From: Carpediemonas membranifera BICM | Lineage: Eukaryota; Protista; Fornicata | Reading direction: 5' to 3' | Length of the DNA stretch: 64,000 nucleotides | Assembly (NCBI GenBank): GCA_019828565.1 | Contig: JAHDYR010000062.1 | Location: 1,188,421-1,252,420 of the forward strand | Notes under the pieces: model-generated | Seen by the model: only the letters and a program-made list of their open reading frames with translations | Database searches by the model: none | Told to the model about the DNA's origin: nothing | Translations under genes and position numbers: made by a program | In this document: piece after piece, positions 1 to 10,865 of the stretch | Position numbering within the stretch: the stretch's first letter is position 1 | Layout of the letters: every line of letters starts with the position of its first letter

Positions 1-207
1 CAGGCTCATTTCGTCAAACACTTGACGATCTCTATAGCCAATCAGTCAATGATGCGAAAAGTAAGCGGAGATGCTACCCACAGGCCAAGTCCGACTGTCT
101 TGATTATGAAACATCAAATTTCATCCTCCTTCCAAATTTCAAGTTTTGGGAGGGTCAACTCTTTAGTGTATCTATGGTACAAACGCTTTCCGCGATCTAT
201 AGACTGC

Positions 208-822
208 CTAGATGGTCATCTCAGCATAGAACGTCTTTCCCTGGTGCGACCTTGGCCAAATGGTCTTCTTCTGAGTCCGGTATACCAGCTGAACGCCAAG
301 GACGACGCTAACGGTGTAGAAGAATGTGGCGAGAAGGTCTCCGGCCACGCATAGCACGGGCCAGAACAGGGCGTTGAAGAACCACCCATAGGACCACAGA
401 AAGCGGGCGAGCTGGATGGCGTCCAGGACCATCGCTATGATCCAGCCGAAACCACTGAAGAAATCGAGAATTGGCAGCACCATGAGGGATGTGTACATCA
501 GACGGCGGTGGCAGAAGATCCTGAGGGCAAACACGACGATGCAGGACGACATAAGGAGGTCGCGGTGCCAGTTGTTGAACGAGGTGACGTCACCGAGCTG
601 CACAGCGATAACAATGAAGTTGAATGTAGCACGGAATACGATAAAGGTAAAAACTACGAGGAAACACGCCATACAGACCAGAAAATTGATCATCGAGAAG
701 TGCTGCAGAAGCCCAAGGTTCTTTCCAAGGTCCCTGAAGTGTAGGATATCTTTGACCTCATCCCAATAGCGTTGAGATGGTGTTTTGGTCACCGGGATGT
801 ACTTGGTTGTCCCTAGGACCAT
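208..822 (-). CDS. Hypothetical multi-pass membrane protein
   Basis: 204-aa ATG ORF with about 4 hydrophobic segments; no family recognised. Confidence 0.6.
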   Translation of the reverse strand: MVLGTTKYIPVTKTPSQRYWDEVKDILHFRDLGKNLGLLQHFSMINFLVCMACFLVVFTFIVFRATFNFIVIAVQLGDVTSFNNWHRDLLMSSCIVVFALRIFCHRRLMYTSLMVLPILDFFSGFGWIIAMVLDAIQLARFLWSYGWFFNALFWPVLCVAGDLLATFFYTVSVVLGVQLVYRTQKKTIWPRSHQGKTFYAEMTI

Positions 823-1017
823 TATTGGTATCGTGTGTCAAATCTGGCAAAACAATTGAGTGAGATGTCGGGCGAATCTGCAAGATACAGAGGTGATTCA
901 CACCAGCCCGATGCAACTTCCACTTCATTCGACCTCAACCACCAGCAACCTGACCTTCACCCAATGGCACCGTCCCAAGTGGACACCCAGCGCCGTTTAC
1001 TGCACCCCCCCTCACAC

Positions 1018-2172
1018 TCACTTGACGGACCTCTTCGCAGACGGCTTCTTCGTTCCAGCCCTCTTGGGCGTGGGCTTCGCGCCCTTCTTGGCCGGCGTCC
1101 TGGACGGGGTCTTCTTGACCGGTGTCTGGCTGACCTTGAAGAAGGAGTCGAGCCTGGTCTGCCCCGCCTTGCCCTTGCTGGCGACGATCCTCTTGAGCCC
1201 GCTCTCCACCCGCTCAGGGTTGAACATCTTCTCATCGACGAGGAACTTGAGCAGCTCCTCTTTCTTCGGCTTGCTGATGGCCAGCACGCTCTTGAGCTCG
1301 TCAGACGGGGTGACCTCCGGCTGCTTGAACAACCGCCGTGCCTCCTCGTATCTGAAGTTGTCGGGGTTGTACGCCTCCTGCTGCTTGGCCGAGAGGTGCG
1401 TGAGGACCGCCTCGATCGACTTGTGCTCCTTGATACCGTCCAGCGCCTTCTTCGGGCCGATACCAGGGATGGTCTCAGTGTAGTCGCACCCGCACATGAT
1501 ACAGACGTCCACGAACTGGTCCATCGTCAGGTCCATCGCAGCCAGGAGATCGGATACACGGTACTCATGCACAGCGATCTTCTTCTTCTCGGGGGCCATG
1601 AAGCGGCGAACCAGCTTGGGGCACCCGAAGGTGAGGGCGTCCATGTCCTCGGTCGCCACGGCAGCAACGAGACCGTCCTTGCACATCTGGACGCACTGGG
1701 CCTCGGCTTCGCCCTTGGCCTCGACCACAGGGATGCCCATGAGACGGAGCAGGTGCTTGGCCTCGTCCTGGTTCTGTTGCGAGAGACGGACCGTCTGCTT
1801 GGCGGCCTTGACCTCTTCCTCGGCATCGCCAACCTCCTTGGATTCAACGACACGCTGTTCGGCGGCCTGCTTGCGCTCCTTGCGCTTCTTGAGCTCACCG
1901 GCCTTCATTTCTGGGGGCTTGCCGTCGAAGACATAGACGGGCTTGATGCCACGCTCGAGGAAACGGATGGAGCGCCAGAACAGGCCTTGAAGATGGGACG
2001 TCGGATTGCCGTTGGCGTCGGCCAGGACGTCGCTACCTTGGCGGATAGCGACAAGGCTTTGGTACAGGAACATAGAGGCATCGATGGCAATCCAGTAGCC
2101 GAAGAAATCCTCAACTTGGCGTTCCTTCACGCATTCTGGGGGGATAATAGACCTGAGATTCTTAATGCCCAT
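1018..2172 (-). CDS. FEN1: Flap endonuclease 1
   Basis: MGIKNL start, AIDASMFLYQ, PVYVFDG, EAEAQC, TEDMDALTFG, GCDY..IPGIGPKKA; PIP box QTRLDSFF and basic tail. Confidence 0.97.
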   Translation of the reverse strand: MGIKNLRSIIPPECVKERQVEDFFGYWIAIDASMFLYQSLVAIRQGSDVLADANGNPTSHLQGLFWRSIRFLERGIKPVYVFDGKPPEMKAGELKKRKERKQAAEQRVVESKEVGDAEEEVKAAKQTVRLSQQNQDEAKHLLRLMGIPVVEAKGEAEAQCVQMCKDGLVAAVATEDMDALTFGCPKLVRRFMAPEKKKIAVHEYRVSDLLAAMDLTMDQFVDVCIMCGCDYTETIPGIGPKKALDGIKEHKSIEAVLTHLSAKQQEAYNPDNFRYEEARRLFKQPEVTPSDELKSVLAISKPKKEELLKFLVDEKMFNPERVESGLKRIVASKGKAGQTRLDSFFKVSQTPVKKTPSRTPAKKGAKPTPKRAGTKKPSAKRSVK

Positions 2173-2290
2173 GGTTCCGGGATTGCGCCAAGTAGCAGTT
2201 TAGGCATGACCTTGTTGTGCGCCTGCTGGGAGGTCATCTCAAGTGGCCAGCCCTACCTACACACACCTTCCCCGTGATGCACTATTTTAC

Positions 2291-2813
2291 TCACTTCTCC
2301 GGCTGCAAACGCTCGGCATACCGGCTGCAGATCAACCGGACCATCGAATCATGCGCCCGCTTATCCCCCGCCCGCAACAGGTTCCCCGCATCGCAGTTTA
2401 AGGGCGAATCTGGCTCTGGAGCGCCCATGAGCAGATGGATTGCCCTGACAACGTGCTGGAGGGACCAAGCCGGGGTCCAGGTGCTCTTCAGAATGTCTAG
2501 GCAGATCTCATGCGATGAGAAGTGGACGTTGCTGTGTGAAGGGGGGCTTGGGGGCGTACCAGTGGAAGATCTTCGTCACGAAGCGCACTTCAGGGGGCGT
2601 CATAGGGTATTGCGAGGGAATGTTGATAGATAGTTTGAATACAAAGCCTGAATATGCTGAATCATCGGGCCCTTTGATCGTAGCTGTCCACGTGTCGAGG
2701 GAATCGCTCACGGGCTCCAATGTCAGGATAGGATCAAGCGTTCCAAGCGCAGCATCCTTTCGAATGGTTGATAGTTCTTTCATAAGCCTTCTTGTCCGCA
2801 CATTCGTGGCCAT
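2291..2813 (-). CDS. PEX4: Ubiquitin-conjugating E2, PEX4/UBC21-like; 28-nt intron 2532-2559
   Basis: Spliced product reads KIFHCNVHFSSHEICLDILKSTWTPAWSLQHVVRAIHLLMGAPEPDSPLNCDAGNLLRAGD, close to the plant PEX4 C-terminus as I recall it. Confidence 0.75.
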
Positions 2814-3251
2814 TGGTTGTATTTGTGATCGGTGGTGCGTGTCACCAAAGTAGTGCGAACAGATCGAGTCGGGTCTGACCCAGGCCTTGTAAAAACTGCA
2901 TAGGGGCTACCGGGCGTGCTTATCGCGTGGCTGTGTGCATGTGGGGCACGGTGGTCGGGGGTTGTGCTGACCTCACTGTAGGCTGGGGTGAGCCGTGTCG
3001 TTGGCAGCAGCTCCAAGCCTCCAAGTAAATATGGTATGAGTGTGCTTATGACAGTCACGGGAGCGTCGCGGCTCATCCCGGCGGCGCGGATACTCAGAAC
3101 GGCGAACCTTGCTTGTACACCAAATCTCGGTAAACATCGCGACTGGCCTCATCCTGAACTATCTTTCTCACCCAGCTGATCAAATCGTCCATCGTTAACG
3201 TCGGCGATAGCCACCCACAGCGTCTGTTGGCCGGAGCTCCGGGAATACAAT

Positions 3252-3593
3252 TTACTTCTTCTTCTTGGAGCCACGGATAGCAACACCGGTAGTGGTGACG
3301 CCGCCGGCAGCCTCGTGCTTGTCGACGAGCTTCTCGGGCTCGTAGGGGAGCTTCGGGTGCTTGGACTCGAAGTGGTTCTTCATGCTTGTGGGATCAGGAG
3401 CGCATTGGCCGCAAACGTAGCACCTGCATAACATTGGGCTTTGTTGAACTTACTGGTACTTGATGTGACCAGCCTTGCCGCCTTTACGGTCAGCAGCGCC
3501 GGCAGCACCACCGCCTCTGTTAGTAGTGGCAGCCTTCGTCTTGCTCGCGATCTCCTTCGCCGTATGCTTTGTTGGCTTAGCCTTGCCGCCCAT
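3252..3593 (-). CDS. Small C2H2 zinc-finger protein, MBS1/ZNF706-like; 30-nt intron 3424-3453
   Basis: Spliced: MGGKAKPTKHTAKEIASKTKAATTNRGGG...KYQCYVCGQCAPDPTSMKNHFESKHPK...IRGSKKKK. Confidence 0.8.
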
Positions 3594-3961
3594 TCTGGGA
3601 AGTTGCCTGTGTTAGCGACGTGGAGGTTAGTTCCTAACCGAAACGCTTCAAGCTGAAGCAGAATTTAGCGCAAAGCTTAAAATCACATTTGAGAAAATCA
3701 CATTTGAGAAAAACGGATTCGGCCTGAAGGTGACGTGATCAGCATGCGTTCACATCAAGGTTGAGGGGATTAGCCCGTAGTCTGCGGCTTGTGCTCCACC
3801 CTCGGAACAAACAGCCACCGATTCACCTTGTCTCCCGATTCTCAAAAAGGAATTCAGACACAGTGGAAACTGCCGTTATTACATCTGGATTATCTCAGAG
3901 TCGTCTAATCATGGTCTCGACCCCCGTCCGCCCCCAGGGCCTCGGTCTGACATCTTTACTC

Positions 3962-4915
3962 TCAGTGCAGCCTCTTGGCGAGCACCGCCGCCACCGCGTC
4001 CTCGTGAGACGTGCCCATCGACATCTGAATGGCGACCTCCATCTGCTCGTCCTCATTGAGGTCAGCCGCGGCGTCCGGCTCGGGTGTGTGCTGGGCCTCG
4101 GCCATCAGAGGCTGTGTGGGGCCCTCCTGCATCGAAAGCTGGATGGCCCTGTTGAGCTGCTCCTCCTCGGTGAGCTCGCCCATCGGCTCGTCCATCTCGA
4201 TATCTGCGTGCTCCCGGCCCTGCTGCCGCGCCATGGCTGCCTCGTGCTCCATGAGGGAGAGACGCAGGGCCAGGGCGAGCTCGGGGTCGGTCTCCTCAAT
4301 GGTGTGGTCTGCTGCATTGTCGAACAGCCCGCTGCTGATGCAGTAATCGAGGGGGTTCATCCCGTGGGGCACGGAGACGAGGGAGGCACGCTCGCCGGCT
4401 GCGGCAACAAGAGACTGCAGCGCCTGGCCGTGCTTGTTCCCGGTGTCGCTTGGATCGGGCATGTGGACTATGTTCAGGTGTGTGCCGTTTCTCAGAAGCA
4501 TGGCACCGACCTCCTCGAGGTCATTTTGGGCCGCGTCAACGGGCGAGCCAACGAACATCAGGATCTTCTGGTGCTGCCTGTCATCTCTCCTGTGCTTGAG
4601 CGTCAGGTTAGCCGTCTTGATGGCGCGTACAACATCGACCTTCTTGCGGAGGCCCTTTGCCAATTCATCGCGGGAAAGATACTTCAACAAGATGTCCCGA
4701 CGTGCTGTCGAGGCACAAAGGAGCCGCGGATCAGCCATTTGAACCACAGCAACTGTTGCTTCTGGATGATTAAGCGATGTGGAGACGACATGCGTCGAAA
4801 GGTCGCACAGATGGCTTAGCCGGCTGGGAGTCCCGTTGAGCATGAACTCAGAGTTATCTATGCTGTGTTAGATGCTGCTACAGTTGCGTACAAACCACAG
4901 AACAAGCGCGTCCAT
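3962..4915 (-). CDS. RPN10: 26S proteasome subunit RPN10/PSMD4 (vWA + UIMs); 33-nt intron 4863-4895
   Basis: Spliced N-terminus MDALVLCIDNSEFMLNG; LKHR..QKILMFVGSP; UIMs DPELALALRLSL, EEEQLNRAIQLS, EDEQMEVAIQMS. Confidence 0.9.
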
Positions 4916-5139
4916 GTGTTTTGGTATTCGAGCGGTATGACATCAATCAGCTGGAACATCTGATTGGGCCACCCCGGCACATTTCTGGCAGGCCATGGCG
5001 CTTGGTCCGAGTCTGTGAACACGGGAATCGTGTGATAAATCATCAATCGTAGTCTACTCCGCCGGTCTTGGCCGCATGACAGGCCGGCGTAATACTCAAG
5101 CCAGGTGTCCTCAAGGAAAGATATCTATTTACGTAGTAC

Positions 5140-6102
5140 TTAGTACTTGGCCTTGTACTCCTCGAGAGTGGCGGGGGTGTAGTCGCCGGCGTGGCCAGCA
5201 GAGCCGAACGCGGTCATCTTGATCTCGGCCTGGGCCTGGATGGCGTCACGACCGGGGCGGAGGTAGTCGCGGGGGTCGAACTTATCGGGCTGCTCGGCGA
5301 AGACCTTGCGGATGGCGCCAGTCATGGCCATGCGGAGGTCAGTGTCGACGTTGATCTTGGCGACACCGTTCTTGACAGCGGCCTGGATGGCAGAGATCGG
5401 GACACCGCAGGCGTCGGGCATGGCGCCTCCGTACTTGTTGATCTGTTCGCGGAGCTCGATGGGGACGGAGGAGGAGCCGTGCATGACGAGGGGGATGTGG
5501 ACGCGGTCAGAGATGGTCTTGACAAGGTCGATGGCGAGCTTGGGCTCGGACTTGAACTTGTAGGCGCCGTGGGAGGTGCCGATGGCGACGGCAAGGCAGT
5601 CGACGCCGGTGGTCTTGACGAAATCCACGGCCTGGTCGGGGTCGGTGAGCTGGACCTCGCCGGAGATATCCTCCTCGATGCCGCCGAGAGTGCCGAGCTC
5701 AGCCTCGACGGTGACGCCGAACTGATGGGCGTAGTCGACGACCTCCTTGGTGATGCGGACGTTCTCTTCGTATGAGTGGTGGGAGGCATCGATCATGACA
5801 GAGGTGAAGCCGAGGTCGATGGCGGTCTTAACGGACTCAATGTTGTCGCCGTGGTCCAGGTGAAGGGCCATAGGGATCTCGGGGTTCTCCTCGGAGGCAG
5901 CCATCATGAGGTGCTTGAGGAAAATGAGGTTGGTGTACTTGAGGGCACCGCGGGAAGCCTGGACGATGAGAGGGGACTTGACCTTCTTGGCAGCAGCAGA
6001 GATGGCCTGGATGGCCTCCATGTTGTTGACGTTAAGAGCGGGGACACCGTAGCCGCCGGCGATGGCGTTGTCGAGGATCTGCTTGAGAGGGACGAGAGGC
6101 AT
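5140..6102 (-). CDS. fba: Fructose-bisphosphate aldolase class II (Giardia-like)
   Basis: MPLVPLKQIL start; ALHLDHG, SVMIDASH, VEAELGTLGGIEE, AIGTSHGAYK, LVMHGSS, KINVDTD; strong codon bias. Confidence 0.96.
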   Translation of the reverse strand: MPLVPLKQILDNAIAGGYGVPALNVNNMEAIQAISAAAKKVKSPLIVQASRGALKYTNLIFLKHLMMAASEENPEIPMALHLDHGDNIESVKTAIDLGFTSVMIDASHHSYEENVRITKEVVDYAHQFGVTVEAELGTLGGIEEDISGEVQLTDPDQAVDFVKTTGVDCLAVAIGTSHGAYKFKSEPKLAIDLVKTISDRVHIPLVMHGSSSVPIELREQINKYGGAMPDACGVPISAIQAAVKNGVAKINVDTDLRMAMTGAIRKVFAEQPDKFDPRDYLRPGRDAIQAQAEIKMTAFGSAGHAGDYTPATLEEYKAKY

Positions 6103-7010
6103 CTGTGTAAGGTAGCAATGATAAGATAGCGCATCAGGCGCTAAGTTGAACAAACTTGATCTTTCGGACTTTCTGTCGTTCTGAATGATGACGATTCGTT
6201 GAAGATCGCGTTCGAAAAAAAGTTCCAAGCCATAGAACTCGGGCGCACACGCGGTCGACGCGGCCGACAACAACATAAACATCGTCTCTCCACCCAGACA
6301 GGCCAGCTGCGGGGGCCAGTCAGGTTCCCCGCGAGACCCTGGAGCACGAGTTCGGGTCATGGAGCCCAATGTCGTCAGGGGCCCTGGGCAATTGGCAGCT
6401 GAATACCCGGTGCCAACGCAACCTCGCGGCTCCTCACTGAGTGCAATCCACTTCATCCCCTCCCAACATTACCCACAGCTCCGAACTCGACGAGCTGCCC
6501 TGACAACCTTGTTTCTATCGCTTGCGCTATAAGCGGAGTCAACTCGGATAGTGTCATGTGGAGCTTCTGGGCAAGCTTCTGAAGCATCGTAAGTGGAGTT
6601 TTGTGCAGCGGGTTCGAGGGCGAGCTGGTCGATAGCTCGAGGCGACTGGCAAAGGCGGTTGCCTGTGACCTCGCGTGCTGTGCGAGTCTTATTACGTACT
6701 GTACGGTGAGGCAACACGATCGAACCGATAGCCGATTGATATCTGACCCTGCCATGCTTGCAGGAGACTCGGCTGAGTAACCCTGCGTGACTCAGGTTGA
6801 GTCACATCGACAATAGAATATGATTACGCTGGGCTCACCATAGGTCAGACATGAGGAACAGAGCCGAAGACATCCATTGCTGCTGTAAGATCAGTAAGGG
6901 CTGCGGCCGTCAGACATGTCCCCGGCATGTGATTCATATTTCCACCGAGCTTCACACTAAGCTTACATTGATAAGCTTCACTCTAATATGCCATGGTAAT
7001 GAGGCATGGC

Positions 7011-8249
7011 CTAGTCGCTGAGCCGCCCTGGGCTCCAGTACTGGTTCCGCCAGAGGTGGGCCTGGGCGAGCACCTCCGCCAGCTCCTCGTCGCCCCAGGA
7101 GTCGGTCAGAGTCCGGACGTGCTGCAGCAGGTGGACTGTCTGCTGGAAGTCCGCCTCCAGGATCCCGGCCGAGAACTGGGCTAGCAGCGCCGCGCACACG
7201 AAGACATGGTACAGGGGCAGCCCGGCCTGGGTGCCGAGGGTCGAGTGCCCGGTCTCGGCCAGCTCGGACAGGTACGTGTCCAGCAGCCGGATGTCGAGGG
7301 CGAGGGGCAGCTCGCGGAGGAGCAGGCAGTTCATCCACCGGAAGCAGACGTGCAACAGGTCCGCCCCCACCTCGTCCATGTGTTGCTTGACCTCGGGGCA
7401 CACGTGGCTGAGGGCAGACCCCAGCTGACGCAGCATGCGGTGGATGCCCGGCTGGGACGCCGTGTACGCGTCCTGGAACGCCGCCAGGATCGCCTGGAAC
7501 GTGTAGAAGCAGTCCGCCTCGACATCGAGCCACTGGTCCTCGGTGATCCCGTCGTCCTTACCCGTCGTCATGTCGTACCCGCGGTGCCCGGCGAACACGG
7601 CCACGAGCGGCGTCACGACGTCCATGATACCCTGGACATAGCCGCAGGCAGGATGACGCGCCGCCCATATGTACAGCAGCCGGGACACGAGGGCTCTGAC
7701 GGGCGGGGTCTGCATCCCAGGCAGGTCTGGGGCGTTGCGGGGGAGGTCGAGGTCCGCGATCTGATGCCACGTCGGCTGGTCGGACGCGACGCCGTCTGCT
7801 GGGCCGAGCTTGTCCACTAGCTTGCGGTATGCGGCCCGATTGGTGGTGAGGAGCGCCGGGTTCTCCGATTCGATTCCACAGAGTCGCCGCCAGCTGGACG
7901 CCCTGAATTCAGGCGGTGCACCACTCCAACAGCAGTTGGCTAGTGAGATGAGCTCAATTTGAGTTGTATCTGCTGCCGCAAACATTGTGCGGACGCGACT
8001 GTGGTTGCTGCTCTGCGCTGGTGTTGGAGGAAGACCTGCCGAGCTCCCACGCCTCGTAGAAGTGGGTGTCGAAGGCATTTGTCGCATTTTGAGGATCTTG
8101 CTGGCATCTGCGCTTCCCCTGACGGCGATGGCTGGCAGTCGCATCTTGTGTGGACCAGTCCCGACCCAAGCTGCACATCGGGCCGCGAGATAGACGCCAC
8201 GGCCGGCTAACGGGCGGCAGGGTCGACCACTCGCCGTGCAGTAGACCAT
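7011..8249 (-). CDS. Rab-GAP TBC domain protein, TBC1D22/Gyp1-like (true start probably downstream of 8249)
   Basis: QIADLDLPRN arginine finger, HPACGYVQG glutamine finger, VEADCFY, FRWMNCLLLRELP. Confidence 0.9.
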   Translation of the reverse strand: MVYCTASGRPCRPLAGRGVYLAARCAAWVGTGPHKMRLPAIAVRGSADASKILKMRQMPSTPTSTRRGSSAGLPPTPAQSSNHSRVRTMFAAADTTQIELISLANCCWSGAPPEFRASSWRRLCGIESENPALLTTNRAAYRKLVDKLGPADGVASDQPTWHQIADLDLPRNAPDLPGMQTPPVRALVSRLLYIWAARHPACGYVQGIMDVVTPLVAVFAGHRGYDMTTGKDDGITEDQWLDVEADCFYTFQAILAAFQDAYTASQPGIHRMLRQLGSALSHVCPEVKQHMDEVGADLLHVCFRWMNCLLLRELPLALDIRLLDTYLSELAETGHSTLGTQAGLPLYHVFVCAALLAQFSAGILEADFQQTVHLLQHVRTLTDSWGDEELAEVLAQAHLWRNQYWSPGRLSD

Positions 8250-8433
8250 CCGGTTGCCCTTTGCAGGATCGGCAAGGTGTCAAAATGTGTTCGTAAACGC
8301 CAAGCCAGTCCATATCCAAGCTACTGTGCATTGAGCCAAGACCGTACTTAGATGCGCTAGTTCACCCGTTCTTGGCGATGGAAGGTGGCACTCCGCCCGC
8401 CACTGTCTGAACAGTAATGATGATACAACAGCT

Positions 8434-9981
8434 TTACTCGTGGTCGACGGTGTACAGGGTGGCGACCATGTGGAAGATCAGCTTCTGCTTGACCTCGAGG
8501 ATGTCCTCGGGGAGGGCGTACACGGTGCACAGCTTCCGGGCGGCCGTGATGACGTACTTGGCGTTCGCCATGCGTTCCTCGTCGTCGGCGCCCTCGTTGA
8601 TCTCGGCGTGGTCGATGACACGGTTGTCGATAGCGAAGAGGAGGTCAGCAAGCCACTTCGACGTCTTGAGCTCCTTGGCCCTGAAGGACCCGATAGTGCT
8701 CCCAGCGCGGCCGTTGGCCCATGACAAGATGCCCTTCTCGTCGAGCCCAGAGACGGAGCCGACGATGTGGTACTCCATGAGGCGCCACATGACGGCGAGC
8801 GTGTACATCTTGTGGCCCTCGACGAGGTTGTTCCCGTCGATGCCGACGAGCTTCATGCCAAGAGAGTTCTGGATGATGTCGATGACCTTGTTGCAGTTTT
8901 CGCTCTTCTTCCAAGTGTTGTTGGGAGTCTTGTTCACCTTCTTCCACTCAACGCAGCCGGGCTTGAGGTGGTCGAGGACCTGGAGGAGGATCACACCGTC
9001 GCGGAGGTCGTCGAAGAGGCGATCCACACTGCCCTCGATACCGAGGTTGTTGATCCAGTTACGGAAGGCGCGCTCCTCGCGGCCCATGGACTCGTCATCC
9101 TCGTCGAGGACGTCGCGGAGCTCACGAAGCTGCTCCTCGGACTCGATGACCTCGAGGGCGGGCCAGTTGTTGAACAGAGCGGCGACGAAGGCGAGGTTGA
9201 GCTTGGAGATGCCGTTGGTGATGTCGGAAGGCTGGATGAAGCGCTCAACGCCGAGCTTAGCAGCGCCGGCGATGACAGCCTCAGCGCGGTCCTCGGGGGA
9301 CATGCTGAGGGGGCTGCGGTTGCACTGCTCGGGGGCGATCTGGGCAAGAAGGACGGTGTAGTTCTCGCCGTCCTTGATGGAGCCGGAGAAGTCCTTAACG
9401 CGGCGTTCCCAGCCAGCAGCGGCGAGGTGGAAGTTGAACCAGCGGATGAGGATGTGCTCAGCGGGAAGCTTCATGAAGTCGGAGAGCTCCTCGCCGTCCT
9501 CGAGCAGGCGGTAGAGCTCGGGGTGATGGGTCAGGTTGATCTCGGAGAAGAGGGCGAGCTTCATCACCTGCCAGACGAGGCCGAGCACGAGGTGGGGGGT
9601 GCCGGCGGTCATGTCCTCGGCGCCAATGTTGACAGTGGAGCAGCCGACGGCCTTGGCAGAGTTGACGGCGATGTTCTGGTTCTCACCGATCTCGAAGTTG
9701 TTGAGGGCGCGGTTCTTCTTGTGGGGCCAGTTGACGGCACGCTCATCGATCGTGTTGGGGACGGCGAAGTTGAGGAGCTTGCAAAGAAGAGTACCGTCGT
9801 GGACAGAGCTGAAAAGGGACTCATCCATGGGATTCAGGGGAAGGAGGTCCTTCAGAGCCTCATCGGAGCCCAGGTTGTTGTTGATGAAGTTGGCGAAGGC
9901 CTTGGTCTCCTCGAGGGAGTAAGAGTGGGTGCCGGCGGCACCTTCGACGCGCTGGACGTCAGCAGTTACAAGATCAGCCAT
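8434..9981 (-). CDS. Fimbrin/plastin (four CH domains, no EF-hand headpiece)
   Basis: HSYSLEETKAFANFIN, DGTLLCKLLN, PHLVLGLVWQ, REERAFRNWIN, DGVILLQV, NAKYVITAARK. Confidence 0.95.
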   Translation of the reverse strand: MADLVTADVQRVEGAAGTHSYSLEETKAFANFINNNLGSDEALKDLLPLNPMDESLFSSVHDGTLLCKLLNFAVPNTIDERAVNWPHKKNRALNNFEIGENQNIAVNSAKAVGCSTVNIGAEDMTAGTPHLVLGLVWQVMKLALFSEINLTHHPELYRLLEDGEELSDFMKLPAEHILIRWFNFHLAAAGWERRVKDFSGSIKDGENYTVLLAQIAPEQCNRSPLSMSPEDRAEAVIAGAAKLGVERFIQPSDITNGISKLNLAFVAALFNNWPALEVIESEEQLRELRDVLDEDDESMGREERAFRNWINNLGIEGSVDRLFDDLRDGVILLQVLDHLKPGCVEWKKVNKTPNNTWKKSENCNKVIDIIQNSLGMKLVGIDGNNLVEGHKMYTLAVMWRLMEYHIVGSVSGLDEKGILSWANGRAGSTIGSFRAKELKTSKWLADLLFAIDNRVIDHAEINEGADDEERMANAKYVITAARKLCTVYALPEDILEVKQKLIFHMVATLYTVDHE

Positions 9982-10314
9982 TTCAGCTAGATAAGAATGG
10001 GAAAGAAGACTCAACTAACGAGTATAAGTTTTGACAATGGTGTGGTGCAGGAAAAAAGCTGGCAAAAAAATTATCTGCTTGATCAATGTTCTGCGTGTGT
10101 GTTCTGCTGTTCTCTGTAGCGTCACTACCATGCACTCGGAACGTTTACGCGCAACACAACTGTACAACGGCCACCATCTTCCCACAAGGACGCCGCGCTT
10201 TAAGACCCCCCACTGTAGACTGCGAGAATAGAGTTGACTGGCAATCCCCTACATAAGGGTCTAGCGGCTGCTCAGGGCCTCGTCTCGGTCGACAGTCATG
10301 ACGAGAGCAATAGA

Positions 10315-10780
10315 ATGAATTCCAGGAAGCAGGCCGAGCCCGCATTAGACAAGTACATCAAGGATATGCTGAGGCTCCAGGGTATCACTGAGTACGACCA
10401 GAGCGCTGTTCGTGCTCTCTCCGAGTTTTTGTACGGTTTGTGCTCCACTGTCCCAGTGTAACACAGGATACTGCAGAACACTCACCTATCAGACGCATAG
10501 AAACATGCTCCACCGCCATGCGTCGCAAACAACTCCTCAGGAGCAGGTATTCACTCCCGAGATGGTACAGTTCGCCATCTACCGCCTCCAAACCCTCCTC
10601 TATGCTGACGTAGGCGCACTTCCAGCGGTAGGCGTGCCCCAAATGCCGCCACAGCTTCCCCAGGCCCGCAACACCGGCACTAAGGTCCCTCGGCCAGACA
10701 TGTCGGACGCCACAATCAGCACGATGAGGCCGACCTTCGACTACCTCCCGAAGAAGCGCGACAACACGCAGGCCCAGTAG
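10315..10780 (+). CDS. TAF9: TFIID subunit TAF9-like histone-fold protein; 31-nt intron 10436-10466
   Basis: Spliced: MLRLQGITEYDQSAVRALSEFLYGYCRTL...EMVQFAI, matching the TAF9 MGITEYEP..LEF pattern. Confidence 0.6.
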
Positions 10781-10865
10781 GCTGTGTAGTGAGGCTGTTC
10801 TTGTTATGCACCGACGCCTATCAACCAGGCACGTGTCTTAAATGACTGCGGGTCCTTTTTATGTC

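Noticed and set aside
835-2277. Long antisense ORFs (also 8767-9990, 15947-17173, 51959-53260, 55863-56915)
   Set aside because: Shadows of GC3-rich sense genes; no recognisable motifs
6103-6456. N-terminal extension of aldolase in the ORF track
   Set aside because: Homology and codon bias begin at MPLVPL (6102)
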